Origin: Octopus sinensis
Lineage: Eukaryota
Assembly: GCF_006345805.1 (NCBI RefSeq)
Contig: NC_043008.1
Coordinates: 8,184,001-8,248,000 of the forward strand
Direction of reading: 5' to 3'
Length of the DNA stretch: 64,000 bases
Of the stretch, positions 49,053-63,683 are shown piece after piece. The notes below the pieces were generated by a model. The model was not told the DNA's origin, made no database searches, and saw only the letters and a list, made by a program, of their open reading frames with translations. Every line of letters begins with the position of its first letter. Position 1 is the stretch's first letter. The position numbers and the translations under genes were made by a program.

Positions 49053-51310
49053 TATAAAAAAATAGGGCAACGTTAAACTCGATGAAATCTGCACTGGAAT
49101 CATAATGAGCCAGAATAGATATTGTCAAGCATTTGGTTCATTGGTTTAACAATTCTGCGTAGACCATTAAATTACTAAATACCAAATAGAATAAATCAAT
49201 ATTGGCCAAACAGGGTTTTGAAAATCAATGTGAATGTACTTCTAAATGCTGAAATTGACACACATTTTGGTAACATTTCTGAAGCTAAAAGTTTCGATAG
49301 AACAGTGAAATAGATTGTTTGGGGAAGTTTTTTTGCTATATGATATAGGACAAAATAAGTAAAAGATATATGTAAAAAAACAAAAAGCTTTAATTTTGTA
49401 TTGCCGTTGTTTCGGTGCATATCAAAGACAGGAAAAATTGAGAAATATCTTAGCAATCCCAGAATGTTGTTGCGTTCTTTCTTCACAAGAAGCTTCACAA
49501 TGTTTCTTGCAACTTCAAGGCTCTCTGTACAAAATATTGGGATATAAAAAAAAAGAAATTCATCATTACTTTTACTCCATTGAAGAATGAAATGTTGCTC
49601 TTCCCGGTATCGTATTATCGTCCGCCGTATCTAATATAACATAAAAATAATATAAAGAAAAGAATATAAAGATAAAGAAAAAATATAACATAAAAAAATA
49701 CTTATTGCATTATCTTCAAATATTGAATAACAATATCCACCTGCATTAAAATAGATTCAGCCAGAGTTTAATGAATAGACAATATTGTCCAAATCACATT
49801 GTCTGGTTTAGTCTACGTACTCAGACCGAGAGAGACTTATTGCATACTCACTTTTACTCAAATGTAATTTCTCATTCTCTCTCTTATCCAAGTCAGCACG
49901 AATTTTTGACTATGAAGTAAAACTGTACGTGTTTCGTTTGATGCTGATTTCTCTTTGGATTTCTGTCGGGTGGAGAGTGAAACTGTGACCAGCATTTATT
50001 CTTCCATAGTTGTCCCCACCCCTACAGTTTTCTTTTCAATGGTCAAACAATTTCCTATTTTCTGAAATACGCACATTTATTTTCCCTTTGAAAATTTAAA
50101 CGGCAAAGTTTCGCAAATAATTCCCGTCTCCAGGTTACATTAATCTTACTCACACACCGACATGTGATCAAATAGTAGAACTAAAAACACAGCCCCTACC
50201 TCTTCCCATGAAGTCTCACATTAAGAGTCCTTAATGAAATCATATTAATAATTTGATGCTTGGTACTCTGCAAATGAAGTCATTGAGGGGAAAACAAATC
50301 TTGATGGTCCTAGCTGCAACACCTTTCATCACTTGCCAGTTGTTGCAGGGGTTAACTTAAGCGTGAGAAACACCACCCGTAGCTCGGCAGATGAAGAAAT
50401 ATTTACATCAATGTGTCAGTTACAACATACACACACGCACAGGTACACATGTATATACACATACACAGACACACACATATATATATAACCACATGTAAAA
50501 GAACGGAGACTATCACATCTTGTATTGGTGATCACAGCATACAAGACCGACGAATTTTCTATTGTATCAACAAATTTAGACATAGAAGAACGGTGCAAAA
50601 TACAATATTTTCATAAAAAGGGATTGCAATATCTATGTTGTACTGTTTTGTTATATGGGCTTATTTCTATTTTCGATATTTGATTCCGTTTTCTCTAATT
50701 CACAAAGTAGTGAAAAGTCTTTCTTTGAATTTTATTTATTAAGATCTGATTTCGTTTTGGGTTTCAGATTTCGCTGAGATTTACTTTTCTTTATAAGGAT
50801 CAAGACCAGTTTCCCTGGATCTCACTAGAGCTGTCGAGTAGATAAGGTAAATTTGTTTGTTGGTATCGAGTGTATCTTTCGATGTCGTCGTTATTTGTAA
50901 GGATCTGCTATATCTATTTATCCTTTCATAAAGCTCTTTATTATTATTATATTTTTGTAGCCTTTCGGTGACTTTTACGCTGTTCCATATTTATCGACTG
51001 TCTGATGTTTAGTTCTTCTTTTACTTTTCATATTTCTTCAATCGGTTCCTCTCCGTCCTTGGTTATACCTTGTCTGTTATGGTGTCTGTCATTTTGTGTG
51101 TTGCTGTTATATGCTTCAGTATTTACCTGTCTATGGGTATTGTTGTATTTCCGGTTTGCGCAGCTGTGTAGAAATTTTACTTTGGTTCAGCCATTTATTT
51201 CCTGTGTCCAGTGTTATCTCTGTCGTGTTCCTTTCTTTCTTTTGTGGTGTCTTATTCATTTTCGGGGATATAATGCCTGATATACTGTTTTTGCCTGATT
51301 CAGCACATTA

Positions 51311-51313
51311 TGA

Positions 51314-51378
<65 letters not shown>

Positions 51379-51437
51379 CATCATTATTATTATTATCAGC
51401 ATTATTATTATCATTATTATTATTATTATTATTATCA

Positions 51438-51500
<63 letters not shown>
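51311..51500. repeat. (ATT)n microsatellite
   Basis: Direct reading. Confidence 0.98.
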
Positions 51501-52187
51501 CGTTATTAATGGTGGTGCAGTGTTTGTTGTAGTAGTAACAACTTGTAGCAGAAACACAAGTTTTGTGTTAGTTCATATTTAATTTAATATTTGCACGTGG
51601 AAGAGCAAAAGGAAACACAAATATTAATGATGTTAGTTCTGTGTTGCCAGCATCGACGCCAGCTGAGAAAGCAAGTAGGCTTTAGTAGCAACAGCTGTCA
51701 TTGTAACATTCCTTCTCTTACATTATACAATCTTCGAAACATTACAAGCGTTTTTCATTGTGATGCAATATTTGATTTTTCATATTTTTTGCCTTTCACA
51801 ATAAACGTAAGAAGCGGGGATTCTTCTGTTGGCATGGAAAAAAGAAATCAGTACTTTTACTTACAAAATATTATTAAAAAAAGCAAAGAAGTGCTTCGAT
51901 AGGTATTCACTCAACCCGCTAGATATGGAAGGCAGGTAATCTAGCTACAATAGTAGTTCTAAAAAGAAAATAGGATAAAGAGAAAAAAACAGCGCCCGGA
52001 TTTAATAATGTAATACTGCTGATGCAGGAAATAAATGGATGATCACCTGTTGAATTATTATGAACATCATTCGGCCTCGTCTATCAGAGTCGACCTGTAG
52101 TTAAAGAACAGTCAGAACTATGAGAACAGCAGCAATGGTAGCATAAAAGCAACTGTATCATCAACAGCGAATGCAACAGCAACAGCA

Positions 52188-52567
52188 GTGGAGGCGCAAT
52201 GGCCCAGTGGTTAGGGTAGCGGACTCGCAGTCGGAGGATCGCAGTTTCCATTCCCAGACCGAGCGTTGTGTGTGTTTATTGAGTGTAAACACCTAAAGCT
52301 CCACGTCGCTCCGGCAGGGGGAGGTGGCGAACCCTGTTGTACTCTTTCGCTCCAACTTTCTCTCACGCTTTCTTCCTGTTTCTTGTCCCCGACTTCCTAC
52401 GCAACCGCTGAACCTGGATGCGCATTCATCCATTCGTCGATGCTCTCGGTGTCGGGGGTTGACCTGCTTTCTCTTCTGCGGGTCTTAAAAATAGCAAAGG
52501 ACCACGCTTCGGACTTCTTCCACTACAGGACGAAGACCGCTTCGCTCAACAAACAAAGAAACAAACA
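52188..52567 (+). mobile_element. tRNA-derived SINE family D
   Basis: GGAGGCGCAATGGCCCAGTGGTTAGGG...GTTTCCATTCCCAGACC A/B-box head, GC-rich body, (AAAC)n-like tail. Confidence 0.8.
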
Positions 52568-53554
52568 GCAAATGCATCAGCAACAGAATCAGGATTGTGT
52601 CATTTCCGTTGAGGCGTAAAGCAAAATAATAATCTATTGAATGAGTTGGTAAGATTGAATATCTCAATATTCTGTACATCTGTTCGTTTTCCCCGCGGAA
52701 CGTAACCTTTTCGTTAGAGAGTAAATTGATTGAATGCAACTGAGTAAATTAATATCATTAATTTTATTGAACGAAAGCACGCAATGCCAATTCGGCTCAT
52801 TGAAAGCGGAACATACACTAAGCAATTCGTTCTGGGAACCACTGGGATGATGCATTACTTGAGAAAACTTTACATTTGGAGAATCTACGTAGACATCAAT
52901 GAAATAGCCTTGATTTCTTTTTCACCTCGTATTTTCACGGTTCAGACGCATTATGAACTTCATGTTTATCTCTGTGGCATTAATGGCATAAATGAAGCAG
53001 CTCATTTCTCTCGGCTCTACAGAAGCGATCTTTCTTTCTCTACTTCATCTATTTGCCGTTCTTACGATACGAAGATATCTCATTACCTTACGAAGAAATT
53101 GTGGAAATTGTGTCAGTTAACATATCTGTCGTTCTCTTTCTCGTATCTGATATTAAATGAAGTTCTCTTATTTAACACATGCCTGAAACGGACAATGTAA
53201 ATTAAGCTAAATAATAAGATATCGCATGAGGGTTCCGACAGGTGTGTATAACAAGCAATATATGGATATAGGTGACAAAATTACGGGAAATGCGAAACAC
53301 CGTGACTGATATCAGCCGGCTAATGGTTTAAGCATTCGAGCTTGAATGTAATTAGAAAGACAAATCGTAAGAGAAGTTACATATTTCATATTTCCTCTGA
53401 ATTCTTTATAGAGAAACATCGTATATAATGAGTGCAAATACTTAAATTCATAGGCATTGAAAGTATACGTCCCTGCAGACAGAAAGACGCATGCATTCCT
53501 ACTTCAGGAAACACATGCACGTCGGTGATATATAATCATATGTACACATACATA

Positions 53555-53556
53555 CG

Positions 53557-53605
<49 letters not shown>

Positions 53606-53606
53606 C

Positions 53607-53653
<47 letters not shown>

Positions 53654-53662
53654 CATACATAT

Positions 53663-53706
<44 letters not shown>

Positions 53707-53707
53707 C

Positions 53708-53753
<46 letters not shown>

Positions 53754-54422
53754 ACATATATATATTTATACACAGAACACACATACCCACGCTCGTACAG
53801 ACACACATACACACACATATGCATACATACATATATACAAAACACCCGTACACAATCATTCATATATGTGTTTATTGTGTATATGTCTGTTCGCTTCTTA
53901 TTGTGTGTGTTTGTGTCCGCGTGCCCCAGTTCAGCGAGTATTTCAGTGAATGTGTATATCTTTGTGTAGATGCACGTATGCATTTACATGTGTACGATAG
54001 ATGACTAAATATTAATCAGCGACCTGCCACTTTAAAGACGATTAGAGTAGAATAGATATTTGGGTCATTGGAGCAGTGTGGTTCCATTAAATCTTCATTC
54101 TATTAAGTGCAAGCATGCATCCAATTGTATTATGTCACTTGAAAAATCTAATCAAAATTGGTGTAAATTTCTATATTAATAGTATTCGAAACGGTTTTAT
54201 CTTCGGCATCATAGAATTCACTGACATTTATATAAGAGTATGTACATTAAGAGGATTTCGGAAAGCGTCAATTTAAAGGTACATACACACACAAACACGC
54301 ACACAAACACATATATATATATATACATACATACATACATACATATATAAATATATATGCATATGATCGCTATATTTATATATGTACACATCAGTCTATC
54401 TATCTATATATATATATGTTTG

Positions 54423-54453
<31 letters not shown>

Positions 54454-54477
54454 GTGTATATATATATATGTATATAT

Positions 54478-54540
<63 letters not shown>

Positions 54541-54542
54541 AT
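53555..54542. repeat. (TA)n/(TACA)n/(TG)n microsatellite clusters (about 53555-53750 and 54290-54542)
   Basis: Direct reading. Confidence 0.95.
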
Positions 54543-56555
54543 CTTCATAAGTTAAGAGCTGTTACATTCATTCGGAATCATGCGCCCAGGAATGAATGTC
54601 AGGATGACATATAATAAATTTATACAGCTGTTACATGAGCACTTCGTTTACTAAGAATACATTTAAATGTATAGCTCCAGGTATAGCATTATGCATATAT
54701 AAACACTACGATGCTTTAATATACGTACAAACCCACACATATATACTTCAGTTTAATATAATTTTAAATAAGCGTTTATATATAATGCGTGGCTGTGTGT
54801 TAAGAAATATACTTCACATCCACATGATTCCAGGTTTATTTCCATTACGTTGCTCCTCTAAAGTTTATATTCTAATACAGGTCCGGACCAACCAAAATCT
54901 TGTGAGTGGATTTGATAGATGGAAATTGGATGTGTGTGCATTTGTGGGATATAGAAGACATATCAAGAGTTAAAGACCGAGAAACGGGAATAAAGAAATT
55001 GGGGTTTGGCCTGCACTTGTGATATGATGGCTCTTACAAATTTGGGGATAAAGAACGAAAGCGAGCTGCTAAAATACGAAAGCGTGGCAGGAAATCAAGT
55101 GAGCGAGGAAGAAAATTATCAGGAGGAATGAGAACAGAAGAGAAAGATAGAAATGTTGGGAAAACAAGAAACTTAAGAAAAGACAGAGTGGTCACAGAGA
55201 GTTAAGAGGACGTACGTGGAGAGTTAGCATATTCTGTGCGTTAAAAGTCAAGCAATGTAAAACGAAATGTAACATAGAAGTGATTACTGGAAAAGGACAA
55301 AATAACATGGACAACGTGTCAGAATGAGAGACAGTGACAGAAATACAGAGGGAGAGAGAGATAGAGTAAGTAAGTGAGAGAGTGGCACGCAAATATTAGA
55401 TTATATTGCAGTAGGTATAAGTAAATATGAAATTGTAATATATATATAATTATCAATTGAATAATTGCCATTTTGATGATATACATTATATATTTATGAG
55501 GATGGATGGATATTTAAACGAAGGTGTCGTTGGAAATAAATAATGCAGAAGAAAGTAAAATAAAAATAAATTGAAAACTGGAAATTGAAAATACAATGAA
55601 ACAGAAAAAATTAAAATGAAGAAGTACATGCCTTTCTATGATTTATCATTTAATGGAGAGAAACAAATTTGTATGTTCATAGTGTAATAAAGCTAATAAC
55701 GAAGCAAATGTACCCTAGCCTGGTATCTTAAATTCTACATATAACATATCATAAATCATGTTGGCGGAATTCTAGCTTAAACACCCCGTAAACTAACTCA
55801 TATATATTTTTTTATTGTTTAAACTTTTCAGAAAACATTTGCGAATGTGTGTTCTACACAAAATATTTCATACACTTATGAAAAAAAGAATTTTAAAAAC
55901 TTAACCCTCTCCTCCAGCAGCAGAAACCCGTGAATTCTAAAATTTGCAGTCGTTTTTAACTTTAAAAAATATTAGAGTGTAAAATACGTGCCGGCTGTAT
56001 TTTTTAACTAAATTCCAGCGGTAGACCTTCCTTGTGTGTACCATCATTACATTAAATATGCTTATGGGGAGAAAAATATTGAAACGCATTAATATTTATC
56101 ATTTGAAAGATACACCCACATATAACGTATATAACTTTATACATGAAGGATTTCGGTGGAGCGTTCTCTATCTAGTTCTGGAAATTTTGTTTTGTAAACC
56201 ACAGACTATACTGATGACCTTGCAGATATTTGTGTGTTCATATACCTAAATATTAACAAGTGAAACCAATGGTACGTAGGTAATCGTTTTTTATTTCGTA
56301 TATTTTCATTTGTCTTGCTTATTTTTACACATTGTTTTTTTGCTGAGATTTTTCTTGAGAACACACTCTTCGGGGTAATGGGGATTTGACGTCTATGTTT
56401 AGCATAAAGGGTGTCCATATTAATGGTCATTCCTCAGAATTTTTTATGTAAACATTTTCTATCTTTGGATATTTTAAATATGCTAAACCACTGGTTTTAA
56501 TTGATTAATATCAATTATCCTTATTATTTAATATTATATATAAAAACACACACAC

Positions 56556-56621
<66 letters not shown>

Positions 56622-59600
56622 ATATATATATATGTATGTATGTGTGTGTGTGTATTACGCATTATGTATTATGAATTTATAGAAAACTTGTGATTGTGGT
56701 TTTCTTAGCGTAGGTTACTATAGGAATGAACTTATCCTTAAACGTCAAAGAATTTTTCGCTGTTATTGCATTGCCTTCGATAAATAGATTAAGTAAAGAA
56801 AAAAAAGATAACATAAAGTTTATACTCTTTTGTTAATTGCTTCATACCTGGTCTTTGACGTAAGATAATGGACGATTCATGTAGATATCGTCTCTGCCGT
56901 GTATTTGACGAATATTAAATAAGCCGTTTGGTTTCTTTTACGAATCGATAATGTTACAATTATAATGTAATGAAATTGTTAACCACTTTCAATGCCAATA
57001 GTGGCTATTTGCAATCAAGGCAGCAGGATGTGTATCTCCCCTAAAAATAACATTCAGGATTTTGGCGTATAAAGTCTTCATGCATTTCGGTATATTTTAT
57101 AACATATATTTTATAACATATTTGATAATAGAAAAGAAGAATTTACCACAATGTCTAATAGTATCTAAATTGAACTTAGATCTAACGATGTTTTCTCAGA
57201 CGTGGATTTCAATCTGAAGTATTAAAAGATGAAAAATAACGTCCCCACATTGTGAAGTGTGCACTTTCACGGAAAACGACGCTTGTAGTAAACAGTTATA
57301 TTCGATGACATCTTTTGAGATATAACTCTGATTCTTTCAGGGGTCAAAGAAATAAGTACTAGTTGGGAACTGAGGGCTATGCAATCGATGAAAACCCCCC
57401 TCCAAATTCCAGTTCTTGTACGTGCAGTAGAATGGATATATCTTCGTATGCATGTGTAAGGAAATACTTATAAAATATTTGTTTTCAAGACAAAAAGACT
57501 CATCAATAATTTAACCGTTTTAATCCTCTCTCAAATCATTAATGAAAGTGAGAGCGTTCTATAGCTTTGACAAAACCAAGAGTAATGATGTTCACCACAA
57601 CAATTACAGAAAACAAGAGCAGAAACCAAAATGAATAAAGAATCGTATGTCATACATTTCTTGCTTTTCGACTTCTTTATCTCTTGACCACTACAGCACA
57701 GCAAACAAATTTGACAAAATTTACATTTCAGCAACAATAATGAAACTCAAGCGACGAAAGAAACTGCTTGCAAAAACAGACAGAAATCCCTTTATAGCAA
57801 ACATTTCTGCACTGATTTATTTAATGTACTACGAAAATACTCCTTAGAGACTCTCCTTTTTCTACGGAGAAGCTTGATTGAAGATTGATGGACAATCCTC
57901 AGACAGTTTCTGCAAGAATACTTTGCAATATAACCCACAACTTATCACAAAAATTCATCTTATTCTTGGTTAATTCTCCCTCATGCATCACCCAAATGGT
58001 ATGATATGCGTATAATTTATTCACGTCCCTTCATTATATTTGGTATTGTTACAGAACAAATAAGCTTAGGCCCACATTATTTTGCTAGTGTAACACCAGA
58101 TATATACACATTTCAATATAAGTGGGAATGTACCCACCCACATACACATATACACATCCCTGTGTGTAAATATGCATGTATGCACTTCATTCCTTAACGT
58201 AGTTCTAGTCGAGGACTCGCGACGTATATACTTCTAAAATCCATCATTGATATAAAACTGATTCAAAATAGATATCTTAGGAATGTTTGTGCTCAGTGTG
58301 AAACACCGCTTGTATATCGAGTGACTTGTTTACTGACTTCCAATAAATATCAAGTCTAAGTACTTCAACGAAATGCTATTTTATATCTTTCACACGCTTA
58401 CATATGCGCATGGATATGTGTGTTCGCGTGTTTATGCTTACCTAGGCGGGAAGAGTGTATATGTGCCTATACATGTATGCGCTCAAAATTATTTATGTAT
58501 TGATATTTGTATATGAATATCTGCGTGCTGATGTATATGTACAAACACACACACACACACATATATATTTACAGACTAACTTTAAGTTGATAGCAACTGT
58601 AACATAACTTTTCAGGTTGATTGTAAAATCTAGAAATATGTTAATTATCTGTTCACGTTCACATCGTCTGAATAAACAATAACGTAGTCTTTTAAAATTT
58701 ATAGTTAATTTCAAGATATTTCCCTGATGATTTTCTCCATGTTCGACACTGTCTGTTTTTATATGAGATATAAATTTCAGTCAGGTTTGGCGAATAGTCT
58801 CTGATTAGAAATTTGTCTGGCTCTAATAAGTAAGGACAGAAAACGATTCAAATGCTGTACTAAAAGCTATAAAGAAAATACATAAATGTGTACTTGCACC
58901 TGATTATAAGAATAATAATAGCAACAGCGGTGCATCAATGTTATATCGTACGAATAAATGAATGAATTTATCAATGAACGCGTGAGGATACAGTTCAGAT
59001 AACAATATATCTCTTAACACACCCCGAAATATTCCCCTTTTTACTTGTAATGAAAAAATATCTTATTTGTTTTGGAAAAGTACGTGACTTGGCATCAGCA
59101 CCTTGTTAAAATTAAAATTATGTATTCAGTTTGTGCTTGTATAAATAAAGTAACCAACAACAAACAATATTCGGCTGATAATTGTGTTTGGCTTCTGTGA
59201 GTTGTAAAATACATACAAGATTTATTTTAAGCAACCAGTTCGTTGGACCACTACACATTGCAAATTGAAAAGACGTGTACATTTCCAGTGTTTTCTATAC
59301 TTTGTTAAAATAGTGAAAATATGAGTATTTGGAAAGCATGTACAATGAAGGAGACCCGTACCACTCCATTAATCTGAAAGTACGGATGAAAATGTTGATG
59401 GGTCGTAGACACAACTACCAAATCTTTTAAGTATAAATAATTGTAAGCAGCTAACACGATGTGACAACAGTGGAAATTGCAATTATCAAAGTCGGTATAT
59501 TTTTGATGTAGGTTCTGTTAGTTTACACTGATTGTCTCAACATCTGCTGCAGTAAACGGAAAGGTAAAGTTTTGTGACCAGTGTGTAAGCATGAATGTCG

Positions 59601-59674
59601 GCATTTACGCATGCGTGTAGGTATGTTGAAATACAATGGCAGTTTTTTTTTTAAATCGTTACAATGCAGTATAA

Positions 59675-59900
59675 GGCGGTGAGCTGGCTGAAAAGTTAGG
59701 ACACCGGGCGAAATACTTAGCGGTATTTCGTCTGTAGATACGTTCAAATTCCGCCGAGGTCGACTTTGCCTTTCATCCTTTCGGGGTCGATTAAATAAGT
59801 ACCAGTTACGCACTGGGGTCGATGTAATCGACTTAATCCGTCTGTCTGTCCTTGTTTGTCCTCTCTGTGTTTAGCCCCTTGTGGGTTGTAAAGAAATAGA
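59675..59900 (+). mobile_element. SINE family B with 15-bp TSD (1 mismatch)
   Basis: TACAATGCAG(T/G)ATAA at 59660-59674 and 59901-59915. Confidence 0.92.
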
Positions 59901-59999
59901 TACAATGCAGGATAACAAGAGTTATAAGATATGCTATCAGCATCACACTCTCATGGATAAAGGTATTTACACATTTTAGATATCAATATTTCAAAAAAA

Positions 60000-60212
60000 G
60001 GCAGCTAGGTGGCAGGTCATTAGCTCGCCGGTTTACATGCTTTTCAGGAAACCGTCGGTTTTTGCGTTCTAAGTTCAAATTCCCACATGGTCAAGTTTCC
60101 ATTTCATCCTTTCGGGTTCGATAAAGTAAATACCAGTTGAACATTAGGGTCGATGTAACAACACATTCCCTCCAAAAACGTGCTGGCGTGGTGCTAAAAT
60201 CTGAAACCAATA
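60000..60212 (+). mobile_element. Diverged SINE B-related copy with the alternative 3' tail
   Basis: GTTCTAAGTTCAAATTCC, TTTCATCCTTTCGGG, TACCAGTT...GGTCGATGTAA; tail ...AAAATCTGAAACCAAT. Confidence 0.65.
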
Positions 60213-60226
60213 TTTTAACAAAAGCA

Positions 60227-60441
60227 GGCAGCGAGCTGGCAGAATCGTTAGCAGCCGAGTCAAAGCTCTTAGCGGAATTTCGTCCGTCTTTACGTTCTGA
60301 GTTCAAATTCAAACGTGGTCGACTTTGCCTTTCATTCTTTCGGGTCGATAAAATAAGTACCAATTAAACTCCGTAGTCGATGTAATTGACCTAGACCCTC
60401 CACTGAACTTGCTGACCTTATGTCAAACCTTGACATCAATA
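60227..60441 (+). mobile_element. Diverged SINE B-related copy with the alternative 3' tail
   Basis: GGCAGCGAGCTGGCAGAATCGTTAGC...GTTCTGAGTTCAAATTC...GTCGATAAAATAAGTAC. Confidence 0.75.
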
Positions 60442-60849
60442 CCGCAACAAATGCAGGAGAGAAGGTTTAAGGATGAGAGAAGGTGAAATAATCAGTTAGG
60501 GAGAGAAATAAAACAATGGCAACATAAACAGGACGCGAGAGTATAAATGAGACGATGATATCTTCTACTTACTGTGTTAAGAAGGGAGACATAAATGGCT
60601 GTGAAATATATTTACGTTGGTTATAAATTTCATCCAATATATGAGCGTTAAACATTCATTGTATCCTCACAATTATATGCATTTCATCCAGCCTATGATT
60701 ACATAATTTTATGGACCTATAGAGTCTATTGTTAGTCTCTTTGTGGAATTTATTGTTAGTCTTACTGAAAGAGATCAGACAGTTGAATTTCGTCAATACC
60801 AAGACATTTCCCAATGACCACATAGCGACGGTGGAATAACCACCTATTT

Positions 60850-61400
60850 CACTGACCATCTGATCGTGGGCTCTGACTGCTTGACAGTTCTTGAGGTACG
60901 GGACAATCTACTTTATTCGATGTTTGAACCAGGACTGGTTTTTTTTCTGCTGAATCTTCTCCGGGGCTTGCATGTCTGATGTGCATTTATCTCGAACATA
61001 TGTATGAACATTATCTTCCAAGTGATGTCAACATTTCCATAACCATTGTCTCGGCGCCCTCTATTAATCACGTTTCCAATATGTTACTGGGGTCTTTAGA
61101 GGACATTAGTTTCGAGTGATAGTGACACAGTATATAGTGTCTCCTTTTATTTGCGATAATCTTTCCTGAAATATCCCAAAAGTTTGTTGTACTACTCAAC
61201 GTGAGAGAAATTTTATTCCGCTCCTGTCATTTCGCAAGCATTAATATATAATTTTCTTCCCTTGCCTCTCCTGGAGTATTTCCTGTTGTATGAAGATAAT
61301 GTTAGCTTTATCAGTCTTCTATAATTTTTCTGGTAAAATCGATACACCCAAAATATCTACCCGTTCATTTCGTAATGGAAAAAAAAATTTTCTCTTCACA
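60850..61400 (-). pseudogene. Possible 3' part of a decayed RTE-like LINE
   Basis: Weak matches: LGYFRKD (cf. LGISWxD), HIGNV (cf. WxGHV), YVRDKCTSDMQA (cf. RYKDxCKRDMK). Confidence 0.3.
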
Positions 61401-61699
61401 AAGCTATTGTCATAAAAGAGGACAGTAATAGGAATACTGAAAATGTTGCTTCAATTATTATTCTTATTACTTAATTATTTAAGTATTTGAGAGCGTTTTT
61501 CACTCAATTGTTTTGCGCACCTTTTGTTTTCACCTGTCGCCTTCATATTCTTGGGATTTAGTTGTGGGTTTTGTTATTGTTTTGTTTTAGTAGCCAATAT
61601 ATTATTTTTCCGTGTTATATAAGTATATGTTAGCTAACTTTAAAGTGAAATTGTAATAGTTTTACATTAATTTTTAACTCATTTTGAATTAAAAATCCT

Positions 61700-62337
61700 T
61701 CTTTGCTTTCACAACTGCGAAAACTCAGAACTACAGCTCTGTTACTAAGAGAAGCTGAGGAAAATGGTTCTAAAAATAAATGTGTATATCTCTTAGATTG
61801 GTTGGATTTCTGTGCCTCACAAAGACAGTCTTCCACGAAGAGGTTTCTGACCACAAATGCTCCCGCGGACCAGCAGAACACATTCAATCCATAGAAACTT
61901 AATGTTGAAGAGCTTCCATCTGCTCATCAAGGCAAGTCTTTTAGGCCGAAAATGATATAGTCGATGTAGTTATTTACAGTTTCTCAAACCATTTCTCAGG
62001 AAGACAACCTTCCTTGCACCTCACTTCTATGCAGTCCTTACCCATCTGCAGATCTGTTAAAAACAATTTCCGAGCAATTTAACTGGTCAACTCAAGCATG
62101 GATGCTTTGGTTAGCATGGAATTGCTTCTCCGAGGACCAAGCTGTAGGCGCACATTTCTGTTGCTGAATTTTTGCGTCTGTCATCGTTTCATATTCCTTG
62201 AGATCACTTCTTCGATGTGATTGCTGTACGTCACTTATATTACAATCTATTCTTTCGCAAAATCTCTGGTTCCATAACCATCAATGTCATTCTCTATGCT
62301 ATACCCTCAATATTTATCAAGGCAGAGTTTGCCCTCG
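61700..62337 (-). pseudogene. Decayed RTE-like LINE ORF, start of the RT region
   Basis: Across frames: EGCLPEKW, NNYIDY, VRNLFVEDCLCEAQ (cf. RQLQEKCxEQ); many stops. Confidence 0.5.
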
Positions 62338-62613
62338 AAACCAGCTGACTCTGCAGCAGTGGCTTTGATATCAACATGTCCAGAAGCGGAGAGAAGTGAC
62401 ATAGTTGACCGTGAATAGTTGACCATGACCATGAATGGTTCTCATAGGTGGTCATTTACTCAGATCACCAAGCGATTGTCCCTGTACATTGCAGTGCTCC
62501 AGCTTCCGAATTTGTGCTCTCACCAGCCACCTATAAGACTTATCAAAAGATTTCAACTGATCCGAACGGATCAGCGGCCCTATTTATGTCAGGTTAACAG
62601 TATTCTCTCAGGG

Positions 62614-62850
62614 TGAAAAGGCGGCGAGCTGGCAGAAACGTTAGCACGCCGGGCGAAATGCTTAGCGGTATTTCATCTGCGTTACGTTGTGAGTTCAAAT
62701 TCCGCGGAGGTCGACTTTGCATTTCATCCTTTCGGAGTCGATAAATTAAGTACCAGTTACGCACTGGGGTCGATGTAATCGACTTAATACCTATGTCTGT
62801 CCTTGTTTTGTCCCCTCTGTGTTTAGCCCCTTGTGGGTAATAAAGAAATA
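62614..62850 (+). mobile_element. SINE family B with perfect 15-bp TSD
   Basis: AGTATTCTCTCAGGG at 62599-62613 and 62851-62865. Confidence 0.93.
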
Positions 62851-63446
62851 AGTATTCTCTCAGGGATGTATCTCATGGCGTAGAAGTAGTCATGGATGGA
62901 TCTCTTTGGTATGGTGCATGTATGTGCCCCTCCTACCAGAATATCGAAGACAAATGCCAAACGTTCAGCTCTCCCTTCGACCAAAATCATTAACTCTGCA
63001 GAGTTACAGAGCTAGTGGCGTTAACATATGTCCATGTTAGGATCCTTTCCAAATAGCACTTCTACATCACTTTTCTATGATTGGGGCAATTCTCTTGTTC
63101 TGCTGTCTGTTGCTGTGGACATCAACCAAGCGGGCGGACGGCGAACAAGTTGTACGTAAAACATCTAGATAATACCTCAGATAATATCTCTAGAAAATAT
63201 CTCAGAAGAACCTGGAATAAATTTCAGAGAAATCTCAAAGATTGTGCTGACATGTACTGCCGACATCCTTAGAAAAACTCTATCAATTCAACATCTGCGT
63301 TGTATTACATGAAAACATTTCGCTACTGCTCCTGCATCTTTTCCTCCCCAGATTTCAGTCGTACAGTAATATATCTTATCCTTCATTTACCCCAGGGCGT
63401 TGGGTGTGTCTCGGCAAGTGATTGTAACAAACATGCAGATTAAAAG

Positions 63447-63512
63447 TAAGTAGTAGTAGTAGTAGTAGTAGTGGCGGCGGTGGTGGCGGTGGTGGTGCTG
63501 GTGCTGGTGCTG

Positions 63513-63549
<37 letters not shown>

Positions 63550-63644
63550 CGGTGGTGGCGGTGGTGGCGGTGGTGGTGGTGGTGGCGGTGGTGGTGCTGG
63601 TGCTGGTGCTGGTGCTGATGCAGGTAGTAGTAGTGGTGGTGGTG

Positions 63645-63680
<36 letters not shown>

Positions 63681-63683
63681 GTA
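63447..63683. repeat. Compound (TAG)/(TGG)/(CGGTGG)n repeat
   Basis: Direct reading. Confidence 0.96.

Noticed and set aside
48500-49600. Protein-looking stretches (HQYMKEVRSVNVETAKKTFLERRE; ESLEVARNIVKLLVKKERNN)
   Set aside because: Short, no convincing splice pairs and no recognisable homology.
52784-53200. 138-aa non-repetitive ORF
   Set aside because: No recognisable motif; this length is plausible by chance in 64 kb.
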